The translations under genes were made by a program, and so were the position numbers. A stretch of DNA of 64,000 nucleotides from Ylistrum balloti (taxonomy: Eukaryota): positions 310,001 through 374,000 of the forward strand of contig NW_026782173.1 of the NCBI RefSeq assembly GCF_031769215.1, read 5' to 3'. Shown here one piece after another: positions 1 to 10,676 of this stretch (its first letter is position 1; every line of letters starts with the position of its first letter). A model generated the notes under the pieces. It saw only the letters and a list, made by a program, of their open reading frames with translations, was not told where the DNA came from and did not search any database.

Positions 1-364
1 AAAATCAAATTTTATATCTATTCAAGATATTGTCCCTTATCATACATATATAGTGCAGAACTAGGGAAATCCTAATTTGATTTAAGATTTCTTGCTCTGA
101 TTGAATTAAGAAAAAGAAAATTAAAAAACTTTAAAAAAAAATTAACGTATCGGTTACAAATGATGTCAGATTCATCTTCTTTTTCTGGTATGTGTACATG
201 CACAAATATATGCCTTAACACTTTTTTACTTGCATTCAATTTTTACTTATGTAGTATTTTTGCTTTACCTATAGGAACGAAATTTGTATAACTTGGCTGG
301 GATTTTGAATTCTAATATAAGTTGAAAGGATCCATCGAATGCTACACATTGAAAGTACAGATGT

Positions 365-426
365 ATGAAAATGTCATGGAAAAGAAAACACCCTGAACCT
401 GCATCTATTGAGACTGAAGAGGAGAG
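365..426 (+). CDS. RING gene coding exon 1 (MKMSWKRKHPEPASIETEEE-R)
   Basis: ATG at 365 (a second at 371) with an in-frame stop at 350-352. Donor AG|gtatat at 427 is phase 2, matching the next exon. Confidence 0.65.
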
Positions 427-3400
427 GTATATATCTGGACTAAGCATACATGTCTTTAAGTCTTCCTATTTTTAAGAAAGCCTCAGTGTTATGATTGGAT
501 TTTGAATAATTCTTAAACCTTGCATCCAGTGATAATAATATTATATAATTAAGTTAATTTTGTATTAGTGAATTTCTGAGGACTGGGGTCACTTAAGCAA
601 TACTGTTTTCATCAGTACTAAATCAAATAAGTAGCAGGTAATCTTAGAGTAATATAGGAATTGCAGAAAGCATTGATTTTCACTAAACTCTTTCTCTTTT
701 AGAATTCACTTCAAATTGGGAAAGTTGTATGAAATTGTAGTAAATACTAGAACTTCTCTTTAGCTTGATCGATTGAGCATATTTCCCAATCACCTTAGCA
801 CTACATATGTAAAGACCTGAGTCCCTTGGCCACTGGTCTTCACATTATTATTGACGTCTATAAAAAACAAGGTACTGTATTTAACAACAATTCCGAAACA
901 AGTTATTTCAACTTATACTAATCACTCTTGTTGGCCTGGATGTATGCGCGTGAGGGGTCTAATTGTGGGAAGAAACCGGAGTAACCATGAAAAACCCATG
1001 TGGTCGGGCAGGTGACTCTTACCTTTCCACCTCCTTTCCATGAGTCGAACCCTGGAAGGCTAGGTGAAAGTCGAGTGCTTTACCACTGCGCCACAGGATC
1101 ACCCTGGTGATGACAATCTTATTCTTGACATTCTTGGGTGTTGGGTACCATTTTTAGCCTAGTGGGTTGTGATTCATGACTTGAAGACCATGATATATGG
1201 TTCACATTTATTTCTTGAGCTCATAATAAAACAATGTAACAGAGGCCATTATTCATTTCAATGCCTCTGCAAGGAATCAAACTTGGGACCTCAGGCTAAC
1301 TAGTCTAAATCAAGCTAAAGAGAAGTTCTCCCAAGCTGAGCGATAGTGTTTTGCCAGGGTTGCATATGTGTTGTACGTGTTATTGAAGCATATATTGACA
1401 AACTATTGTGCTTTCAATTCCATGATAGACAAAATTTAGAAAACAAAATATTGTCAAATTGTAAGTGAATTCAGCTGCCTCCGAGCAATAAATTTCTTGT
1501 CTTTGTATTGATATCTTTAACATAATTTAGATTTATGATAACACGTGTAGCTTTTTTGATTGCTTTTGATTGCAGAGCTTGTGAACTACAGTAAATGTTT
1601 GAGAAATATTATTTGTTCAAACTTCACTTTGTATCATTAATTTGTCTGAAGAAATAAACATATTTAATAGATATAAACATTTGTATGAAGTATGTTTTGA
1701 ATTAAAGTTAAGTTTGCTACCATGACAGTTTGTCCCTATAAATAAGTCGCTTGTGTAAAACAAAAGTAGATGTTCAAATAATTTGCAAATGTTTACATGT
1801 AGAAGTAATAGCTTTTTCTGTTTATTGTAGGTACTTTCTTAATCCAGATTCAGTAAGTTCTCATCTGTATTGCTCCATATGCCAGGATGTTTTTTCTGAT
1901 CCTCAAAGGGCACCTTGTGGACACAGCTTCTGTAAAAAGGTAACTTCACTCAATGTAACAGATTCCTATTTGTGTATCTAGTTCTTTTTATTTTGTACAT
2001 AATCACCAATTTTTATACCCCCTGCAAGGAAGTTAGGGGGGTATACTGGAATCAGGTTGTCCGTCCGTCCGTCTGTAGACACATTTTGTCCGGCTAACTC
2101 CTCCTAAACCTGTGAACCGATTTTGATGAAACTTTACAGGAATATTAAGGATCATGTGTAGATAATCATGCCCCTTTCTTTTTTTGAAAATTTTGGTTGC
2201 CATGGTAACTGGTCACTATAAACAAGTTTTCTAATAAATGTCCATATTTCCTCAGTTATTTGACCGATTGTATTCAAACTTAGTAAAAAGATGTAATTCA
2301 GTAAGGCCAATAATTGGACATATTAGACGTTTCCCAAACTGTTACCGCGGAAACACAATCCTGGCCTCTGATTGGTCAAAATTTGGATATTGTCTAATTT
2401 TGACCAAATTTGGTATATAGCGTTATTAGGGGATGCCAAACATTATAAAACAGGTTTCGTTGCCATGACAAACATGAGTGTTCAGTGTAGATCAAGAACA
2501 TAACGTTGCCATGACAAACATGAGTGTTCAGTGTAGATCAAGAACATAACGGCAGACATTTTTTTGTCTCTGTGGCCCTTCAGTGGAAAATATTACTTCA
2601 ATAAAGATGTAAGTATTGCAAGACTCTCTTGATCATGAACAACATGTATTCCACCCCTTCTGACTTCCAGAAATGCAGGCACATGCAGAATATGTCAATT
2701 ACTCTCAGAATAACACTCTAACTTATCCATTGACTCGTTGCAGTGTGCGGGGGGTATTGGTCAGCCATCTAGGCGACAGTTCTAGTTGTTGTTGGAATCA
2801 ATGTATACGCAAGCAAAAAATATAATTTTCAGATGTGTATGGAATTTAAAATCTTGATGTTATACAATGTATCACAAAAGAAGTGTTAAAATCATCTTGT
2901 GACTAAATCTTATGGTTATTAAATTGCTTGTTGACAATAACATTGATAAATTAGTAAGTGTTTAAATGATATTGATACATAATCTGCATTCTCAACTTTC
3001 AGTGCATTCTGCCTTGGCTAAAGCACAGTAAAACATGTCCGGAGGACAGGTAGGATATAAAAAGTTCACTGTGATTCTTCTCTCCATGTGGATATGTGGT
3101 ACAAATGTATCACACTTTATACATAGTCATCTATACAAATGTATGAGGGGCAAACCAGTGTGGCTTTGTACGACTAACATACAAATGCAGTTTTAAATAG
3201 AGTTTCTTACACTCCTCTGACAAATTCTTGCTTCTTTGACCTATTTTGTAGAGCTATGAATTACTCAATATTTTGTAAATATTGTTATATATTGTATTGG
3301 ACCTGAAAATGAAATCTTATGAAATATAAACCAAACCAGGCCCAAAACTACTATTGTATATTGTGTTCATATTTTCCTTCTTTTATCATCAAATATCAAC

Positions 3401-5128
3401 ATATAATGCATTACAGTCCAGTTCTTGTTTGTTTATTTTTCATAGAAAAACTCTACACATAGGACAACTTCATCATGACTTCATTTTGGAGAATATCATA
3501 GGTGATCAAATGGTAAGAAACAACATTGTCAAAGTTGGTCAACTTCAAATATAATAGATCCAGGTCCACTGTACCTTTTGTTATACAAGGTAAAGGTACT
3601 TGGTGGGTATTTGGTGAAATTTAACATTAAATGTAATGTAGTTTGGTGTCCATGAATTAGATGCTTTAATCAAAATCACTTAATTCAGACTTCAAAATTC
3701 TATTTTTGAAAGTACATTGTATTGTCAATTTACAGTTTGGAGAAATGACCTCCCTGTGAAAAAAAGTTATGATTTATTTTCTAAGTGAAATGTGAAATAT
3801 CAGAAATTTAATGACGATTACAACTTCTATTAAACTATTTTAGTGATGTGACAGCTCTGGCAAGTGTAAACATGCATGTACCAAATTTAAACACTGGCCA
3901 AATTCACAGAATTGTCCCAGTCTAAACCAAGGGTACATTTGTTGAAGATCTTATCTGAAGAGATGTGGATGATGAGTACTTATTAGATCTGCACTTATTT
4001 GATTTTTTCAGTCCTGTAATTGTCAATTGTTTTCACTGTTTCAACCATTTGGCCATGTTTTCTTCTTGCAGGTTGCTTGTCCTTTCCGCAGATCAGGGTG
4101 TGAATTTATTGGACAGCTTCAGAGATTGAATTCACATAAGAAAAGTTGTGATTTCAACCCAAAAAACTTACCTGAATTCATTAAAAAGAATACACCTGTT
4201 GAAAATGGTAAGTGAATAGATGGAAAGAACTGTGATTGAATCATGGAAAAATGAGGGCAATGTCAGATTATGAGATCTGCATTAAAAAATCATATTCTTT
4301 TGGTTTGAAGAAGTGTTGGAGAAGGGACTGAGAGGAAGGGTTTTAAAGCTGGTACATTTTGCACAGGTGAAACATATCTGTACATGCATTTGAAAGAATA
4401 ATGGTCATGGAGCATGTGAATACAAACATGGAACTTGTCCACATTACTTACTAAACCCATCCAGTTATGAAACAAGCATGTAATCAGAAATTGTGAAATG
4501 TGTTTCTTATATAGTTTCTGAAAATAAAAAATGGAACTCTTTTCTTGACAATATATAAAACTTATCTGTTTTACAACAATTGCGAAGCAAGTTTTTCAAA
4601 CTTATATTAGTCACTCTTGTTGGCTCGGATGAAAGTGTGCAAGGAGTCTTAGTGTGGGAGGAAACAGGAGTACCTGGGGAAACCCATGTGGTCGGGCAGG
4701 TGACCTCATACTTTTTCACTTCCATTCTGGGAATCGAACTCTGGACGACTAGTTGAAAGGCGATTACTATATCCTGGAACACTTAGTACAGTAGAACCAT
4801 TTAACTAATAGAAATATCTTTTCTGTAACTTTAAGGGAGAATTCGGAGGGTTTACCTATCTCTAATTAACGTTGAAATCCCTGAATAAAACTATCATAGT
4901 GATGATCCATGACAAAGCTAGATTATCATTATGTATACATGTATTATAATATAACTACTTTTTTTCATATTTGATTCAGCAGCTGAGAAGTCCATTGGCA
5001 TTACAAGTGATTTAGAAGTTATTCCATCCCCTGGCAAACCCTCGCTTATGATGAGACTATTTCGTGCTGGAGATGACCAAAAGAAACTTTTAGGAACTAT
5101 GTTTGAAGACAAAGAAAATAAAATGTGA
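365..5128 (+). CDS. RING finger plus TRAF-type zinc-finger E3 ubiquitin ligase (RNF151-like), 6 coding exons, about 189 aa; join(365..426,1831..1939,3003..3049,3446..3512,4072..4207,4980..5128)
   Basis: All introns are GT-AG and phases chain 2,0,2,0,1 into one ORF. It begins MKMSWKRKHPEP, contains the RING [38 protein letters not shown] and the zinc finger CPFRRSGCEFIGQLQRLNSHKKSC, and ends KENKM*. The RNF151-like label is from recalled architecture, not a search. Confidence 0.88.
878..1104 (-). mobile_element. tRNA-derived SINE (V-domain-like core), copy 1
   Basis: The reverse strand reads a tRNA-like head (GTGGCGCAGTGGTAAAGCACTCGAC...GGGTTCGACTC) then GGGTTTTTCATGGTTACTCCGGTTTCTTCCCAC. Similar to the copies at 4568 and 55518. 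Confidence 0.75.
1264..1345 (-). repeat. Decayed tRNA-like repeat head, with a related + strand copy starting at about 749
   Basis: Box A-like TAGCTTGATT and box B-like GTTTGATTCC on the - strand. Shares a perfect 21-mer with 749-769 in the opposite orientation. Confidence 0.45.
1831..1939 (+). CDS. RING gene exon 2 (N-terminal half of RING)
   Basis: Acceptor tttattgtag|, peptide [36 protein letters not shown], donor AAG|gtaact. Confidence 0.92.
2011..2786 (+). mobile_element. Non-autonomous Helentron/DINE-1-type element (HINE) in RING intron 2
   Basis: 5' TTTTATACCCCCT...AGGGGGGTATA hairpin, (GTCC)n microsatellite at 2058-2075, subterminal GGGGGGTAT complement near 2749-2757, and a 3' end ...GGCGACAGTTCTAGTT. 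These are recognised DINE-1/HINE hallmarks. Confidence 0.75.
2458..2551. repeat. 46-bp perfect tandem duplication inside the HINE
   Basis: CGTTGCCATGACAAACATGAGTGTTCAGTGTAGATCAAGAACATAA occurs at 2458 and at 2504. Confidence 0.95.
3003..3049 (+). CDS. RING gene exon 3 (C-terminal half of RING)
   Basis: Acceptor ctttcag|, peptide [16 protein letters not shown], donor AG|gtagga. Confidence 0.92.
3446..3512 (+). CDS. RING gene exon 4
   Basis: Acceptor tttttcatag|, peptide KTLHIGQLHHDFILENIIGDQM, donor ATG|gtaaga. Confidence 0.9.
4072..4207 (+). CDS. RING gene exon 5 (TRAF/SIAH-type zinc finger)
   Basis: Acceptor ttcttgcag|, peptide VACPFRRSGCEFIGQLQRLNSHKKSCDFNPKNLPEFIKKNTPVEN, donor G|gtaagt. 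Confidence 0.92.
4568..4782 (-). mobile_element. tRNA-derived SINE (V-domain-like core), copy 2
   Basis: TCACTCTTGTTGGC...GGGAGGAAACAGGAGTACCTGGGGAAACCCATGTGGTCGGGCAGGTGAC...GGAATCGAAC, collinear with copy 1. Confidence 0.75.
4980..5128 (+). CDS. RING gene last coding exon
   Basis: Acceptor ttcag|cag (NAGNAG), phase 1. Peptide AEKSIGITSDLEVIPSPGKPSLMMRLFRAGDDQKKLLGTMFEDKENKM, stop TGA at 5126-5128. Confidence 0.78.
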
Positions 5129-6554
5129 TATTCTTTCAAACAATGTATCCAATATGCTCTATTTTTTGTTAATTTATACATTTTTGTGGTATACATGTAA
5201 TTTTGAAAACTTTTGTCACCATCTTTAAGCTATGTTAAATCATACAAAAAAATGTGTAATAATCTTAGTATTGTTATATACGTATACATATAATTCAATT
5301 TCAAAATGATATTTAAATTGAAATTATATGAGTTTTTTGAAGACTTTACATGTAATAAATATACATTCACACACTGATTAAGTGCTGTGTGTTATGTCTT
5401 ATACATATAATAAAGCGGAGATGCTTACATCCTTAACACCTAGACTTATCAGCCTTGTACTTTTTTAAGAGTGTCCGTGTAAATTATTCTGTTGTTTAAA
5501 GTTTGCACTTATTTCATCCATACTGAGTATAATTTTTTAAATGTGTCAACATTTGCTTCTTATCGAAAAAAATGAATATAATAACTGGCTAAAGTGACAT
5601 ATTAATTACTTCACTCTCATCGGACTTCAAAAGTTTTTGTGATGCAAGATGGCAACTGTGATTTTATTTCGTTTAGAAACTGAGTTTATTCTTGTATACA
5701 GTAATTAGCGGCATCAATATGTCTGATGATATTTTATGGCTTGTATTACAGATTAACAAGGACATATAGGTAACTGGTACATGTACCTTGTAACATTCAC
5801 AAGTAATTATACATTACGTCCTGACTTCAGTATTACAAGAGATTTTAGATCTACCTATATGTAATAAATGTTTAATTGATTGGTTTGAAAATTAAATCAC
5901 TGACAAAGGTATGAATTGAAAAGTCTTACTCAGGTAATGGGTATTGTTGTATAAACTCAAGGCCACCACACATGAACGTTTTAAAAAAAGCCAAACATTT
6001 CACTTCTTTTTGCTATATCTGTTCAACAAAAGTCAAGATTACATTGTATAAAACATTATGCATTTGTTGACTTGATTCAACATGTTGAAATAGATAAATA
6101 AACTGTTGCTGAAGGCCAAAGGCAACATTTGGATCCAAGGGTTCAACATAACACATGTTGACAGAAAATCCAGTCAACAAATGTTTTGTTATACCGTCTA
6201 CCGTTGATCTATAAGAAAACGATTGACGAGACAACATTATATCAACAATTTTAATTCTGAAATAAATAAAGAAAACAGGGATGTGTATAAGTGTCAATTA
6301 TATTGATGTCAGGTAACGACCGGAAGTACCGAACAGTAATGAGCTGTGACTAAGCAGTGAACATCAAGAACCTATGTTCTGTGGCAAACATCTGGAATTT
6401 CAGACTTTATTTACTATAGAATAGTATAGAAGATAAAAAGTAAAGGTATAACACAAAACGTGAACTCTGGAATGACAAGGTGGCATTACTAAGTACATGT
6501 AGATGTGCAGTTTGGACCACTTTTGCTATTTTTCCAGACAAATCGGTTGGCCAT

Positions 6555-6770
6555 TATATATTGTTGCTTAACGTCCTGTTAACAGCTATGGTCATTTGAG
6601 GAGGGTCTTCGTATGTGAGAGACTTGGATATTTTGATTAAGTCTCCTTGTGATAGTGCTACCAAACTGAAGTACCCAGCAGGATACCCCACATGGTCACA
6701 TTATACACGTCCTGGCAACCACAGACCAGTTGTTAATGTGACCCTACCCAATATGGAACCCTAACCCAAA
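6555..6770 (-). mobile_element. Decayed SINE of a second family (Meta-domain-like)
   Basis: TTGTTGCTTAACGTCCTGTTAACAGCTATGGTCAT...CCCAGCAGGATACCCCACATGGTCACATTATACAC...ACCAGT resembles recalled bivalve SINE bodies. Confidence 0.5.
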
Positions 6771-7149
6771 ACGAAACACTTCTAAAATATTTGATACATG
6801 GTTTTTATTTTGCTGTATAAAGGAATATTAACTGATCTTAACAAAAATAAGGTATTCATAAATTATTGTGACTTTTTTAACGGTCCATGTCTTCTTTGTA
6901 GCTCATCATCTCTGTTTAAAATTTTAAGAATGAAATTTTATAAAAATCCCGGTATGATATGATCTTTTTTTCTCTTTCCCCTAAATATTTACTTTCTAGT
7001 GTCTGACTCTCCATCTGATAAGTAATGCCGTGCACTTAAATGTGAACAAAGTAAATAAGACACTTGATATCCTAACGAGAATCAAACACATCGTACTTCC
7101 TGTTACATCGTATAAAGATTTTTTCACAGTGATACTTTGTTGCGAGTGT

Positions 7150-7890
7150 ATCCTTTCACAATACGTTGTACTCTTTATTAATTTGTCTATCTCGGAGACT
7201 TGTGTTGTAAGTTTATCTAGTGGTTGTGGCCACCTGTCACAGAGACGGACATGGGAACAAGTCTTTTGATATAGAATAAAATGCTACACAAATGTATTTG
7301 TCTAGAAATGGAAATTTTACGATGGGGAAGTCGCAGGTTGATGTTGATGTAAAAGATTATGTTGTGTCCTTGGTTTCCAACTCTGGCGGGTAAATAAAAT
7401 TTCAACCATTCATCATTGATACATCGAAAAGGCGAAATTGAAAGTTTTTTTTATTTATTATGTCTTCAATAAGAAGTTAGCCAAGAAACACGGTACAGTT
7501 TGTTCTCAATGGTATGTCAATATTCTGTTTAAAGATGCTACAGGCAAACTCAGTTTATACATTGTCAAACAGGAAATCGATCATTGTCAAATTATATGTT
7601 TTTCAGGTGGGTTAGATGTTCAAGCCTTGTCCATATCTTTTGAATTCTTTAAAATCCACGTTTCATTAATTCCACTTCTCGAGTAAACAGTAAACCAGCA
7701 AGACTGTGACCTGGTTTTTTGATAGTACTGAAATTGGTAGTAAGAAGATTTGACAAATGCTTAGTTGAAGAACTAGAGGAACCGGCAATAAAACTTATAT
7801 GCATTCTTCTGAAATGTAGGAATCTATGATAAACGAGGGGGGTCTGTAACCATTCAATTGACTGGCAATATGGAAATGGCAGTAATGAAG
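7150..7890 (-). mobile_element. Decayed, internally deleted Penelope-like reverse transcriptase relic
   Basis: Across frameshifts and stops: FIAGSSSSSTKHLSNLLT, YSRSGINETWILKNSKD, MIDFLFDN..IFKQNIDIPLRTNC, ELETKDT and DFPIVKFPFLD. This is the motif order I recall for mollusc PLE-type RTs. Confidence 0.7.
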
Positions 7891-8524
7891 CATGATTACC
7901 CAGTATTGCGCCTTTGAAGCCCTCGTATAAACACAAACATGGTATTCAGTCTACTTTTTGATTACGCTTCGTAAGCAACGAAAAACTCTTTAATCATAAT
8001 TCCTCTTTGCACACGGACTGCAGCCGAAGGTCAGTAGATAAAACAATGATTTATCATGTAATAGTATATAACAAGATGGATTATTAATGCTGCTGAGAAA
8101 TATCCGAGATATACGTATATCTGTATAGTGTAGGGTGATGAAAAGTCTCGTGATTATGACTTCATTACATCATCACATCACGCACACGGACAAATTTGAT
8201 TGAGGCAGCGCCTTTGTGTAACCACTATCGAGCTGATTTATAATAAATAGCTTACTTTCGTGACAACTGCCTATCTTCCTGTAATTTTGAGTGGATTAAA
8301 GAGACTAGTGACTTTCAGAAAGCTTCATTTGGACGTCAGCTAACCTATCTATATGTAGGTAGGGATGGGCGTTTCCAGCGTTAATCAAATGTTAAACTGG
8401 CGAGTATGACAACTTTGATACCAATATCATGATTTCCACGAGAGATACCAAACAATGTAGGGAAAACATCATGAGGTCAAATACTATGTTTTTCGCCTCT
8501 CATTTGCTTTCCGAGGTTTGTCAT

Positions 8525-8880
8525 TTTCTGTGTCGCAAATGTTTTGCTAAAGAAATTTGATGTTTTTTCTGGGTCCTCCAAGTTTTGCAATATGAAATTT
8601 GACATTTTTTTCTGTATTATTAATGTTTTGCTATACTACGTTTGATATTTTCTGTGTCGTGAATATTTTCCAGTGAGAAGTTTGACATTGTTCTGGTTCG
8701 TCTATGCTTTGCTATACGTATTTCGATATTTTTTTTGTGTCGCCCATGTTTTGCATTACGATGTTGACATTTTCTGTGTCGTCCACGCTTTGCTATACCA
8801 CGTTGAACCATTTCTGGGTTGCCTATGTTTTGCTATATTATGTTCGACAATTTCTTTGTCATCCATGTTTTTCTATATGG
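8525..8880. repeat. Old degenerate minisatellite of about 40 bp, about 9 copies
   Basis: TTTTCTGTGTCG...ATGTTTTGCTAT...TTGACATT recurs at about 40-41 bp spacing. Confidence 0.75.
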
Positions 8881-10149
8881 TCATTAGTTTAGGCGGAAAT
8901 TCATTATCACTGAATCTGAAGTAACATGCATTTGAGCTAACTTTACATAGTTGATAGTGTAAGAGAAAAGACGCTAACTATTCCGAAACACTGCTCTTAA
9001 TCTCCATGCACGTTTTAATAATCTCAATGTAAATTTTTTTTATCTTCATATCCAGTCATAGCTTACCTTAAATACGTCAACTTTGAGTTAGAATAACGGG
9101 TTTGTTTGCACATCTGTGTTTCCTTTGTTGGTTTTACTCCAGGAAAATTGATCACAAATAAACTGCATTTCAAAAAGAATATCCCTTCCATCGATGTTTC
9201 ACATTGATGATAATTCAAAACCAACACACCTGTTGCAAGTTACACATTTTAATAAAGTACATGACGCCAGCACAATGTACAGGTAATAAGTATTGTTATA
9301 ATCATATATATCATATACATTTGTACGTACATATCATTTTGACTCATCGGGTAATGATATTTAAACAAATAAGTTTAAGGCCACTGTAATCATAACAGTT
9401 ACCATAGTACATTTTAATCTAGACGGTCGTCCTATCTAAGTTAATATCCCTACGTAGATTAAAAACAACCTCTTTGGTGTTAAAATGACGTCATCGTAAT
9501 TCAAAACATTACAAACTTTTGATGACACAACAGATCAGACATTATGGATTGTATCATATATAATATAGACAATTTCTTTGGATGTTGATCAATAAGTTTA
9601 AAAACTTGTTGTATTCACGCCCGGCACAGTCTGACAACTACACAGGTATACATATTATACTCTCGTCAATATTTCATTGCGCTTTATAATAACCTCCATT
9701 TGCATATTCAATGAAATAATAGAACAACAGTTTAAAACCAATGATCATAAATTTAAAGTTAAGATACTAAAATTATTACATTAAATGTCAATGCTGATTT
9801 TGGCTGTCGCGATCTTGATATTGATTTGAATGAAATTATATTGACGTGAAAATTGATACAATCATGCTGCACCCATACGCTTTTCTGTTTGTTTCGTCGA
9901 CGATTTCTAGATTTACGATATGATATACACATTTCCTTTGTGCTAACAATTTTAACCTTTTTAAAATGATTATCTATAATTACCAGTATATGATGTTCAA
10001 ATAAAATAAATTCCATAACAGTAACATGATTTATATATTAAAATGGTAAAAATGACATAAATCCCCCCATAATCACATGCTCCTATGTAACTTATAGTCA
10101 TCACAGTAAAATATGTGTAACTGCATACTTTTACGCCAGATCAAATTCA

Positions 10150-10676
10150 TATTGACGTGGTAACTGAAGTGTGTTCGGTGGAGAGTATCACTTTAGACGT
10201 GGTAACTGAAGTGTGTTCGGTGGAGAGTATCAATTTTTGACGTGGTAACTAAAGTGCGTTCGGTGGAGAATATCAATTTTTGACGTGGTAACTGAAGTTC
10301 GTTCGGTGGATAGTATCATCTTTGTCGTGGTAACTGTAGTGTGTGTTTGGTGGAATCACTTTTGACGTGGTAACTGAAGTGTGTTCGGTGGAGAGGATCA
10401 ATTTTTGACGTGGTAACTGAAGTGCGTTCGGTGGAGAGGATCAATTTTTGACGTGGTAACTGAAGTGCATTCGGTGGAGAGGATAAATTTTTGACGTGGT
10501 AACTGAAGTGCGTTCGGTGGATAGTATCATCTTTACACGTGGTAACTGAAGCGTGTTTGGTGGAATCAATTTTGACGTGGTTACTGAAGTGTGTTCGGTG
10601 TAGAGTATCGATTTTGACGTGGTAACTATAGTGTGTGTGTGGAAAGTATACTAAATGACGTGGTAACTATAGTGCG
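10150..10676. repeat. Minisatellite of about 43 bp, 13 copies
   Basis: Unit TTTTTGACGTGGTAACTGAAGTGYGTTCGGTGGAGAGKATCAA. The GACGTGGTAACT core occurs at 10154, 10196, 10239, 10282 and onward to 10657. Confidence 0.95.

Noticed and set aside
6013-6297. 94-aa ORF as part of a third gene
   Set aside because: No motif, no splice partner and AT-rich composition.
10150-10676. CRISPR-like array (conserved core with a variable remainder)
   Set aside because: The variable parts are clearly homologous to each other, so this is a minisatellite.
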